In this document: one piece after another, positions 27,113 through 35,061 of the stretch
Layout of the letters: the number at the start of each line of letters is the position of its first letter
Position numbering within the stretch: position 1 is the stretch's first letter
Source of the DNA: an uncultured Rhizobium sp.
Lineage (GTDB): Bacteria; Bacteroidota; Bacteroidia; NS11-12g; UBA955
Direction of reading: 5' to 3'
NCBI GenBank assembly: GCA_964527775.1
Contig: CAZGQS010000002.1
Location: 105,701-169,700 of the forward strand
Length of the DNA stretch: 64,000 nucleotides
Program-made: the position numbers and the translations under genes
Notes under the pieces: model-generated
What the model was told of the DNA's origin: nothing
Seen by the model: only the letters and a program-made list of their open reading frames with translations
The model's database searches: none

Positions 27113-27517
27113 TCATGAAAAATTCTTTGGTGGAGGTGGGTCAATTGCTTCTAGGTCGAAAAAGTGTGGTGCAATATTTCTAGATTTAGAAATTAAACAA
27201 GAGAAAGAATGGTTATCAACGAGATTATTAATAATGGTTTCTTTGAATACTTCGGGGAAGATAACCACTGGTTGAGCATCTGTTTCAGTGGATTCTTGAG
27301 GTTTTGAGAATTTCAATTTTGCGTTAATATGGCAAGAACCTTGGCAACAGTTTTTAACAGCGTCTTTTTGAACACAACTGGTTTTTATAATCTCGGTTTT
27401 GTTTATTTCAAAATGAACAATGTGAAATAACTGTATGAGACTTTGGGAGAAAAAAGCAATCAATAAAATTGAGGCAAACCGAATAACCAGATTCTGATAT
27501 GAGTTCCTCAATGCCAT
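27113..27517 (-). CDS. Small membrane-anchored Cys-rich protein
   Basis: One TM helix (IRFASILLIAFFSQSLIQLF), then C-x8-CC-x3-CH (SCVQKDAVKNCCQGSCH), and a C-terminal DPPPP. It may belong to the Bacteroidota HYC_CC_PP family, which I could not verify. It is the first gene of the MbnP/H cluster. Confidence 0.55.
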   Translation of the reverse strand: MALRNSYQNLVIRFASILLIAFFSQSLIQLFHIVHFEINKTEIIKTSCVQKDAVKNCCQGSCHINAKLKFSKPQESTETDAQPVVIFPEVFKETIINNLVDNHSFSCLISKSRNIAPHFFDLEAIDPPPPKNFS

Positions 27518-27521
27518 AATA

Positions 27522-27529
27522 CAAATTTA
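27522..27529 (-). promoter_or_regulatory. -7 box TAAATTTG, 4 nt before ATG 27517 (leaderless candidate)
   Basis: Minus strand reads TAAATTTG-TATT-ATG. Confidence 0.55.
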
Positions 27530-27566
27530 ACTAAATCCCTTTGTTTAAAGCATGATATTTGTCACA

Positions 27567-28211
27567 TTAGTACTCCAATTTTAGTCCGTATTTTCTCATG
27601 GCCACATCAATCAGGTATTGGCGTCTGCGCGCCAAAGGGTGATTTTTACCGCAGGTTCTTGGACAAGGGAGCATAGAGATGATGGCAATGCTTTGAGAAC
27701 GGGAAAGTTCTTTGCCGTTTTTGTTGTAGTAATAGTGGGCAGCTTCGTCTATGCCGAAAGCACCTCTTCCCATTTCGATAACGTTTAAATAAACCTCTAG
27801 AATGCGTTTTTTACCCCAAATGAGTTCAATCCAAAGAGTGTAGTAGGCTTCAATTGCTTTTCTTAGGTAACTGCGTCCCTCCCAACAGAAAACGTTTTTG
27901 GCCGTTTGTTGAGAAATGGTGCTGCCGCCCCTGATTCGTTTGCCTTGTGCATTGTGTTTTACGGCGTTGGAAATGGCCTTGAAGTCAAATCCGCTATGAT
28001 TGAAAAACTGTTGATCTTCACCAGCCAAAGCCGCTAATTCAAAATGATCAGGCATTTCTTCAACATCAATCCATTCGCCGTCATAGGTGTGAAGTTCTCT
28101 CTGAGACCATTGAATCATGGTAAATGGTGGATTGATCCATTTGTACAGCACTACGGGCAGAATGCTTATGAGCCAAGCTGTTAAGAGGATTTTAAAAATG
28201 CGCCTAATCAT
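27567..28211 (-). CDS. mtgA: Monofunctional biosynthetic peptidoglycan transglycosylase
   Basis: GT51 motifs AGEDQQFFNHSGFD, RGGSTISQQTAKN and RKAIEAYYT. N-terminal TM anchor. Confidence 0.9.
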   Translation of the reverse strand: MIRRIFKILLTAWLISILPVVLYKWINPPFTMIQWSQRELHTYDGEWIDVEEMPDHFELAALAGEDQQFFNHSGFDFKAISNAVKHNAQGKRIRGGSTISQQTAKNVFCWEGRSYLRKAIEAYYTLWIELIWGKKRILEVYLNVIEMGRGAFGIDEAAHYYYNKNGKELSRSQSIAIISMLPCPRTCGKNHPLARRRQYLIDVAMRKYGLKLEY

Positions 28212-28217
28212 AAGAAT

Positions 28218-29231
28218 TTAAAATCCATTCACCCCGTTCACTGTGGTGTATTTCAAAACCAATTTTTTGTCAGGATAAATGCGTTTGAATGCGCTTTGAA
28301 CGGCTATGGTAGTTTCATGGAAGCCACAAAGAATGAGTTTCAACTTGCCTTCGTAGGTGTTGATGTCGCCCACTGCGTAAATTCCTGAGATGTTGGTTGA
28401 GTAATCAACGGTATTCACAGCAATGGCGTTTTTGTCAATGTTTAAATTCCAATCAGCAATGGGTCCTAATTTGGGTGAAAGTCCAAATAAGGGCAAGAAA
28501 TAATCAGCATCTATATACTGGGTCTCCGGTTGGTCTTTGATGGTTAATCCTACAGAGTATAAATGCCCAGAAGCATCGCCATTTAAGTGGGTGACTTCAG
28601 AATAAGTTTTCAGATTTAATTTGCCGTTTTCACTGAGGTCTATGACCTTTTGTACGGAGTCTAAATGCCCTCTAAATTCACCGCTTCTGTGCACTAAAGT
28701 AACAGAACTTGCAACGTTATTTAAAAAAAGGGTCCAATCAAGGGCACTATCGCCTCCACCGGCAATGACAATTTTCTTGTTTCGGTATTTTTCAGGGTCG
28801 CGAACCATGTAATCAACCCCGCGATTTTCGAATTCGGTGATGTTGGAAATGGGAGGTTTTCTGGGTTCAAACACACCCAATCCACCAGCAATGAAAATAT
28901 TGGGGGCTTTGTGTTGTAGTCCTGATTCAGTGGTAACAATGAAATTAAGTTCATCTGACTTTTCGATGGAAACGGCTTTTTCTCCCAAGGTGAAAGTGGG
29001 TTTAAAAGGTTCAATTTGCTTCATCAAATTGTCAATAAGGTCACCTGCTAGTATTTCAGGAAAACCAGGAATATCATAGATGGGTTTTTTAGGGTAAATT
29101 TCCGATAACTGTCCGCCGGGCTGAGGAAGAACATCAATGATGTGGCAACGCAGTTTAAGCAATCCAGCTTCGAACACGGTAAAAAGTCCAACTGGACCTG
29201 CACCAATGATCAAGATATCGGTTTCAATCAT
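28218..29231 (-). CDS. Ferredoxin-NADP+ reductase, thioredoxin-reductase-like type
   Basis: DILIIGAGPVGLF (FAD), GGQL, IAGGGDSALDW (NADPH) and YAVGDI. No CxxC redox pair, as in YumC-type FNR. Confidence 0.85.
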   Translation of the reverse strand: MIETDILIIGAGPVGLFTVFEAGLLKLRCHIIDVLPQPGGQLSEIYPKKPIYDIPGFPEILAGDLIDNLMKQIEPFKPTFTLGEKAVSIEKSDELNFIVTTESGLQHKAPNIFIAGGLGVFEPRKPPISNITEFENRGVDYMVRDPEKYRNKKIVIAGGGDSALDWTLFLNNVASSVTLVHRSGEFRGHLDSVQKVIDLSENGKLNLKTYSEVTHLNGDASGHLYSVGLTIKDQPETQYIDADYFLPLFGLSPKLGPIADWNLNIDKNAIAVNTVDYSTNISGIYAVGDINTYEGKLKLILCGFHETTIAVQSAFKRIYPDKKLVLKYTTVNGVNGF

Positions 29232-29235
29232 GTTG

Positions 29236-29243
29236 CAAAATTA
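29236..29243 (-). promoter_or_regulatory. -7 box TAATTTTG, 4 nt before ATG 29231 (leaderless candidate)
   Basis: Minus strand reads TAATTTTG-CAAC-ATG. Confidence 0.55.
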
Positions 29244-29299
29244 GACAATGCGAGCGGCCAAAACCATGATTTTTGTAACAATTGTAAAAGTGTTGCCGG

Positions 29300-30658
29300 T
29301 TAATCATTGACTAGAATCAATCCCATGGGTGTCAACTTGTAGGTGTACTTGCCTACTTCAATGGTATCTCCGGGTTTGATGCGTTTGAGGTTGCGAATTT
29401 CTCCATCAGATTTGAGAATGGAACCTCCGGTTTTTAAGGCAAGATTCCAATAATCAAGAGGTACCGCTCCATTGACGTCGCCACACAGTAGAATGCTGAC
29501 GGGTTTTTTCAGGTACTGTATGAGCGAATAATCTTTGATGGGTGCCTTCGCATCGGCAATCATCAAAACAGTGTCTACGGTTTCCCATTTCTTGAGAGAA
29601 ACTAAAATGGCTTCAATATTATTTTCTGGAATATCTCCGCCGTTGCCATTTTTCATGGCTAGAGTAACTGTTTTGTAAATGCTGTCAAAGTGATTGTTGT
29701 TGCAAGTATAAATTCCTCCCGATGAACCCACTCGTTTAATCATTTGTGGCGCTCCGTCGCCGTCATTAAAGAACGAGAAATGAGATTTAAGTCTGAGATC
29801 TTGATTTTGTCTAATGAAAGCTAAAACTTGAGCATTAAATGGTGCCATTGACCCAGTTACATCAGCAACAACCAACCACTTTCCGGTGTATTTTTTGTTT
29901 GATAATGCATCAAATTCGTTGGTGTTTCTGAGTAAATTACCGTTATACATGCCCACTTTCTTGGTGTATCCTTTGATGGTTTTTCGGGGGATGCTGTCAA
30001 TGACCATTCGAGTTTCGGGATCTCTAAACCAAATAGACCTGCTTTCATATCTGATTCCCTCTTTCATCTTGGAATAGCTTCGGGGAAGGTAACGGCCAGT
30101 TTCTACGTAACGTTTGCGCTTTCTGTAAAGAATTTGATCTGGAACTTGAATGGTTGTGTCTTTAAAATCCATCAAGATTTTATACAGGAGATTGATTTCC
30201 TTGCTGACGTCTTCGGTTTTTGGAGGTTCACGCAAGAAAACCACGAAGCCATGGTACATTTTGCGGGCGTCTTCTTCGGTTTTGGCTTTTTTCTGCTCAA
30301 AAACTCGCCAAACTACAGAGTCGCTGTCAAACAGTTGGGGGGCAATTTTGAATAAATTATCAAAACGTTTTTTATTTAAACTGCTTTGATCAAAGGTGTC
30401 AACCACTTTAAATCGGGTGTAAACCAAATGCACGCTCATCACACTTTTCCCTTTGGGAATCACAAATTTGGTATTGGGTTCCAAGAAATGGGAAGATGAA
30501 AAGTACATGGGAAGAAAAATGACGTTGTCTTCTTTTTCTGTAGGATGTTGTTGAATGACAATGGGTTTAATCTTGCTCAGCTTTTCAGTATTGGTTTTCT
30601 GTGCCCAAATTTCTGGGGATGCTAACAGCGAGAAAACCAACATTATACGAGCAAGCAT
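29300..30658 (-). CDS. Secreted protein with a C-terminal von Willebrand factor A-like domain
   Basis: Signal peptide MLARIMLVFSLLASPEIWAQ. MIDAS-like VVADVTGSM, then GGDIPENNIEAIL and VLMIADA. The N-terminal ~270 aa are unassigned. Confidence 0.65.
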   Translation of the reverse strand: MLARIMLVFSLLASPEIWAQKTNTEKLSKIKPIVIQQHPTEKEDNVIFLPMYFSSSHFLEPNTKFVIPKGKSVMSVHLVYTRFKVVDTFDQSSLNKKRFDNLFKIAPQLFDSDSVVWRVFEQKKAKTEEDARKMYHGFVVFLREPPKTEDVSKEINLLYKILMDFKDTTIQVPDQILYRKRKRYVETGRYLPRSYSKMKEGIRYESRSIWFRDPETRMVIDSIPRKTIKGYTKKVGMYNGNLLRNTNEFDALSNKKYTGKWLVVADVTGSMAPFNAQVLAFIRQNQDLRLKSHFSFFNDGDGAPQMIKRVGSSGGIYTCNNNHFDSIYKTVTLAMKNGNGGDIPENNIEAILVSLKKWETVDTVLMIADAKAPIKDYSLIQYLKKPVSILLCGDVNGAVPLDYWNLALKTGGSILKSDGEIRNLKRIKPGDTIEVGKYTYKLTPMGLILVND

Positions 30659-30686
30659 GAGGCGAAGTTAATAAACCAATGTTAAA

Positions 30687-31409
30687 TTAATATATATCAA
30701 AAAGTTGATCCACTCCAATAAGACTTCTTTCGGAAATAAATCCTTCAGCGTACTTCACGGCGATGGGTCTTCCAAATTCGCGGGCTCTACCTTCAATGAA
30801 ATTCCAAAACTCTTCGCTGCTGATGGGTGTTTCAGGTTCTTTGCTGTTGGGATCGTAGAATTGACTCTTAAACGCTTTGATGCATTCTACTTTCTGTTGA
30901 AATTCATCTGATATATCAACCACAAAATGCGGGTGTAAATGTCGGTCTTGGATGTAGAAGAATACTGATTTTGGGCGGTGAGGCAGTTGAATTTCCCCGT
31001 TATCTCCTATGGTTTGAATTTTACTCAAGCCAGCAAGAAAGCTGGCTCTCTTCACCAATTCAGAACCTCTAGCGTGATCAGGGTGACGGTCAGAAGGGGT
31101 GTTTGCAAGAACTATTTCAGGTTTGTGCGTGCGAATGATTTGGATGATTTTTAATAGACTTTCTTCGTTGGTTTCAAAAAATCCATCGGCAAAAGTCAGC
31201 GCTTTCCGAAAGGCGGCTCCCATGATTTTTGCGCTATTCTGCCCCTCAATGTCGCGTATTTCAGCAGTGCCACGACTGCCCAATTCACCGCGGGTGAGGT
31301 CAATTAAACCTACTGATTTTCCGCTTTTGATGCTTTTGATTAGTGTGCCGCTGCAAGATAATTCAACATCGTCAGGGTGTGCGCCAAAGGCAAGAATATC
31401 AACTCTCAT
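30687..31409 (-). CDS. bshB1: Bacillithiol biosynthesis deacetylase BshB1 (LmbE/PIG-L family)
   Basis: ILAFGAHPDDVELSCSGT and DRHPDHARG are Zn-ligand motifs, with the overall BshB1-like sequence. Confidence 0.85.
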   Translation of the reverse strand: MRVDILAFGAHPDDVELSCSGTLIKSIKSGKSVGLIDLTRGELGSRGTAEIRDIEGQNSAKIMGAAFRKALTFADGFFETNEESLLKIIQIIRTHKPEIVLANTPSDRHPDHARGSELVKRASFLAGLSKIQTIGDNGEIQLPHRPKSVFFYIQDRHLHPHFVVDISDEFQQKVECIKAFKSQFYDPNSKEPETPISSEEFWNFIEGRAREFGRPIAVKYAEGFISERSLIGVDQLFDIY

Positions 31410-31415
31410 GGTATA

Positions 31416-32405
31416 TTAATAATCAATGCTTGCTGGTGGGGTGTGAACCAAATTTTCTAGGGTTGAACCCACCGCTTTGAGTGTATTTTTATCAATGTTC
31501 TCAATGTTGTCATTGAGGGTATGCCATGTTTCTGGGAACCCTCTTTGTGAGTTGTAATCGATGATGTCAATTATGGGAATGTTGGTGCCTTGATGAACGT
31601 AAAAATGGTCGTCAATAATGGCACCAGTAGTTTGGGTGATGAAGTAGTTTGAATGCCCCAATTCTTGAGCGATGGTCCAAATATGTGAAAGGGCGAAGTT
31701 ACCCCATTCGTTGCTGTTTCCTTCCCAAAGGAATTGAGCGTTTTTGCCACCTACCATATCTAGCAATACTCCAAAGTTTGCCTTGTAATTTGGGGTATGA
31801 AGGTTTTTTGCCCAGTACTGGCTTCCGAGACAGAAGGAATTTTCAACTTCCGATTTGCCCCAATCTTCGGCATCGAAGAAGATGATATCTACACCTATTG
31901 AACTATCTGCGGGTTGTGCCTTTAAGTTGCGAGCCAATTCTAAAAGAACCGCTACACCGCTTGCGCCGTCGTTGGCACCGAAAATGGGTTGAGTTTGATT
32001 GTTTGGATCTTGGTCAGCAAACGGGCGAGTGTCCCAATGTGCGGCGAACAGGATTCTTTTTTTAGCCGATGGATTTATACTTCCAATAACATTATAAACA
32101 GGAATTTTTTTGCCGTCATAGGTGGTCGCTGAACCGTTTTGAATTTGAGCTGTGGTTCCGTGTCTTTTCAATTCAGATAACAACCAGTCGGCGCATTTTT
32201 TATGTTCGGGAGTTCCAGGTATTCTGTACCCAAAAGAGACTTGTTTTTGAACATATTGGAAGGCCGAATCAGAGTTGAAATTGGTTTTTACGTCTGAAAG
32301 TAATTGGGTGGTTTCTATGGAAGGATCTGGTTTGGGGTTATTGGTGCAGGCGATGAAGGTCAGCGCTAAGGGCATCCCCAGGAAAAACAAGTTCCGAGCA
32401 AACAT
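31416..32405 (-). CDS. M28 family metallopeptidase / glutaminyl-cyclase-like lipoprotein
   Basis: Lipoprotein signal ...LTFIAC. AAHWDTRPFAD, GANDGASGVAVLLE, FFDAEDWG and LLDMVG are M28 Zn ligands. Confidence 0.85.
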   Translation of the reverse strand: MFARNLFFLGMPLALTFIACTNNPKPDPSIETTQLLSDVKTNFNSDSAFQYVQKQVSFGYRIPGTPEHKKCADWLLSELKRHGTTAQIQNGSATTYDGKKIPVYNVIGSINPSAKKRILFAAHWDTRPFADQDPNNQTQPIFGANDGASGVAVLLELARNLKAQPADSSIGVDIIFFDAEDWGKSEVENSFCLGSQYWAKNLHTPNYKANFGVLLDMVGGKNAQFLWEGNSNEWGNFALSHIWTIAQELGHSNYFITQTTGAIIDDHFYVHQGTNIPIIDIIDYNSQRGFPETWHTLNDNIENIDKNTLKAVGSTLENLVHTPPASIDY

Positions 32406-32409
32406 TTTA

Positions 32410-32417
32410 CAAAATTA
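32410..32417 (-). promoter_or_regulatory. -7 box TAATTTTG, 4 nt before ATG 32405 (leaderless candidate)
   Basis: Minus strand reads TAATTTTG-TAAA-ATG. Confidence 0.55.
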
Positions 32418-32512
32418 ACCATTTAAGAACGGAGTTTCAGGGAAAATCGTTGATTGTGTGGAATATATTCGACGGGAATGCATAATTTCGAATGATTCCT
32501 ATGGCAGTAACG

Positions 32513-33388
32513 ATGAAGAGCATGACGGGCTTCGGCAGGTCACAATTTGAGAACGATTCAGTTAAAATTACGTGTGAAATTAAATCATTGAATGGTAAGT
32601 ATTTGGAAGCAGATATACGTTTACCGAGGGTATTTGCAGATTTGGATGCGCCCATAAGACGAATGCTTTCGGAGTTGTTGGAAAGAGGAACTTTGACGGT
32701 TACTTATCAGATCAAGTGGTTAAAACCAAGCAGCGAGAATCAAGAAATTGTGATCAATTTTGATGCTGCCCAAAATTACTTGACGGCCCTGAAGAGTTTG
32801 TCAGCGGAATTGGGTGTTGAGCTGCATGATCCTATGCGTGAGATTCTGAAATTGCCCGATTTGATTAGTATGGGGGAGAGAGAAATATCCTCAGAAACTA
32901 AACAAACCATCATTGATGTGACCAAAATGGCCGCTTTGGAGTTGGATCAGTTTAGGCAAACTGAAGGACAAGCAACCGCGCTTAAGTTGAGCGAGTTGTT
33001 AAACGCCATAGAATCTGATCTTTTTGTGGTGGAGGGTTATGAGGGAGACCGAAGAGAGGCTATCAGAGAAAGGGTGTACGGGAACGTATTGGAGCATATT
33101 TCTCAAGATGCCATAGATCAAAATAGACTGGAGCAGGAAATTTTGATTTATTTAGACAAATACGACATTGCTGAAGAGAAGCAGCGTTTGGGGCAGCACA
33201 TTGATTTTTTCAAGCAATCATTAAAGTCAGAACCCAAAGGCAGGAAGTTGAATTTTATATCCCAAGAAATGGGCCGCGAAATGAACACCATGGGTGTGAA
33301 AAGTAATTTCTTTCCCATGCAACAAGCGGTGGTGGGAATGAAAGAGAAGTTGGAACAGATTAAAGAACAAGTACTTAATATAGTTTGA
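32513..33388 (+). CDS. yicC: YicC family stress-induced protein
   Basis: MKSMTGFGRS at the N-terminus and the C-terminal LNFISQEMGREMNTMGVKS and KEKLEQIKEQVLNIV (YicC N- and C-terminal domains). ATG 32513 is preferred over 32492. Confidence 0.88.
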   Translation: MKSMTGFGRSQFENDSVKITCEIKSLNGKYLEADIRLPRVFADLDAPIRRMLSELLERGTLTVTYQIKWLKPSSENQEIVINFDAAQNYLTALKSLSAELGVELHDPMREILKLPDLISMGEREISSETKQTIIDVTKMAALELDQFRQTEGQATALKLSELLNAIESDLFVVEGYEGDRREAIRERVYGNVLEHISQDAIDQNRLEQEILIYLDKYDIAEEKQRLGQHIDFFKQSLKSEPKGRKLNFISQEMGREMNTMGVKSNFFPMQQAVVGMKEKLEQIKEQVLNIV

Positions 33389-35061
33389 TGAAGATTCGAA
33401 TGTTACTTTTGGCTCTTTTGGGGATAGGCTCTTCAATAAAAGCCCAGAAAATTGAGCAGGTAATTGTAAAGCCCAATTGTACAGATTGCTCCCCGAAGGC
33501 CAATGTTTCTGCCGTGTTGCATGAATTATGGCAAGATAGCATTTCAACAAATCCAGTGGTGATATATAGCCGCCTGGACGTTATGTCTGCTTTTTGGGCC
33601 AATGAGGTACTTCAAAAAAATGATTCTGATGAAGTGCTGTCTGGCCAAATTAATCAGAGACTTTCGTTTTACGACCCTGAAAACCAGGACTTGTGGGGTT
33701 GGATGAAAGATTTGTACCGAGTAAAAAAAGAGATTTACAAGGGTAACAGAAAAATTATTTTGATGCCTGACGACACTCAAGAGAGAAGCATAAAAACGGC
33801 TAGCCAAGAGTTTAGACTGCTTCATGCAGGACTATCTGGGGCAGATTCTACCTTACCTGGCGTGCAAGCAATCAAATCAGTGATTAGGTATATTGACTTG
33901 AATTACGATAAAAATGGATTGAATGAAGAAAGTGATGATGCAGAACCCTACAGTGACTTAAGCGTGTCGTTTGATCAAATCAACACCCTCAGGCAATTAG
34001 CCACAGACACTCTTGATTGGATGCCTGAATTGAGAAGATTGCAGCCCTTATATGCCTCAATTTTATATCGTGATCTTTTGAATCATATTGGCAGATCGGG
34101 TGCCGATGAAGATAAATATACAACGAGTATATTAAGATTTTATGAGGCTAAAAAACGTCTGGTTTCAGACTTGATATCTTGGCGGAACCGAGGTTGTGAT
34201 GTGGTATTAATCAGTTCAAACACAGATTTTTTTGACACCTTTACGGCTCAAAAACCCGGTTTTGAGGTGTTGTCTTACCAAAAGATCTTCAAGTTGTTTT
34301 ATCCTGCTGAACCTGCTATATCCAAACGAGAGATTCTTATTGATTCTAGTTCATGGGTATTAAGCTGGGAGATAGATACTTCATTTGCTGTTGATTATGC
34401 CTATGAGGACGACGAATATGATGAGGCATCTAGTAGTTCGAGTGAATCTGAATTTGTGAGCATGGGTTTTGGTGGAAGTTTTCTTAGCATGAGACCCACA
34501 TGGGGACAAACCATTGGCACTTTGAATGATGCTGGAATAGATCAAGGCCGTTGGCTCCCAAACTTTGGATTGGAATATTGGTTTTGTCCTAACAAAATGA
34601 CTTTGGTCGATTTTGGATTTCAAGTGAACAATGCCGCTACAACTCAGATTAAGTTTCTGAATTCCAATGAAAACGTGAGTCATTGGGTTGGTCAGGTGGG
34701 ATTTACCGTGGGTTCAAATCGTGAAAAGCCAGTTCAAATAGGGGCGTATCAAGGTTTTGCTTTTGGAAATGTAACTGTTGCTCAAAAGTCATTGAATAAA
34801 CCAGCTGGATTGCCTTATGAGTTCATGAAAGTTGATAAAGTGACCAATCCGTTTTATACGTATCAACTCGCTTTGGACGCGAGTGTGCAGGTTTGGCGGA
34901 TCTACATCAGAGGTTTGGCGGGTTATCAATTTGATTTTTCAGACACTCGATTTAAGTCGGGTAGGGAATGGGTCAATGCTCCAGAAACCTTGAATCAGCG
35001 AGGGTGGTTTTACCGTGTTTCGGCCGGAATTTTATTGGTGAAAGGAGGAAGTTCAAAATGA
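33385..35061 (+). CDS. Hypothetical secreted protein: unassigned N-domain, acidic Ser-rich linker, C-terminal beta-barrel-like module
   Basis: Signal peptide MKIRMLLLALLGIGSSIKAQ. The linker is YEDDEYDEASSSSSESE. The C-terminal ~190 aa are rich in Gly and aromatics with alternating hydrophobicity, and are visibly related to the C-terminus of the next gene. Confidence 0.6.
   Translation: MMKIRMLLLALLGIGSSIKAQKIEQVIVKPNCTDCSPKANVSAVLHELWQDSISTNPVVIYSRLDVMSAFWANEVLQKNDSDEVLSGQINQRLSFYDPENQDLWGWMKDLYRVKKEIYKGNRKIILMPDDTQERSIKTASQEFRLLHAGLSGADSTLPGVQAIKSVIRYIDLNYDKNGLNEESDDAEPYSDLSVSFDQINTLRQLATDTLDWMPELRRLQPLYASILYRDLLNHIGRSGADEDKYTTSILRFYEAKKRLVSDLISWRNRGCDVVLISSNTDFFDTFTAQKPGFEVLSYQKIFKLFYPAEPAISKREILIDSSSWVLSWEIDTSFAVDYAYEDDEYDEASSSSSESEFVSMGFGGSFLSMRPTWGQTIGTLNDAGIDQGRWLPNFGLEYWFCPNKMTLVDFGFQVNNAATTQIKFLNSNENVSHWVGQVGFTVGSNREKPVQIGAYQGFAFGNVTVAQKSLNKPAGLPYEFMKVDKVTNPFYTYQLALDASVQVWRIYIRGLAGYQFDFSDTRFKSGREWVNAPETLNQRGWFYRVSAGILLVKGGSSK

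Noticed and set aside
34968-35057. Longer N-terminal extensions offered by the ORF track, here and at 542-583, 51282-51377, 55898-56005, 55972-56070, 47035-47055, 24310-24318, 17026-17034 and 14167-14319.
   Set aside because: The extensions lack signal or family sequence and overlap upstream genes or -7 boxes. The internal ATGs give native-looking N-termini such as signal peptides, [22 protein letters not shown] and MATTQD.
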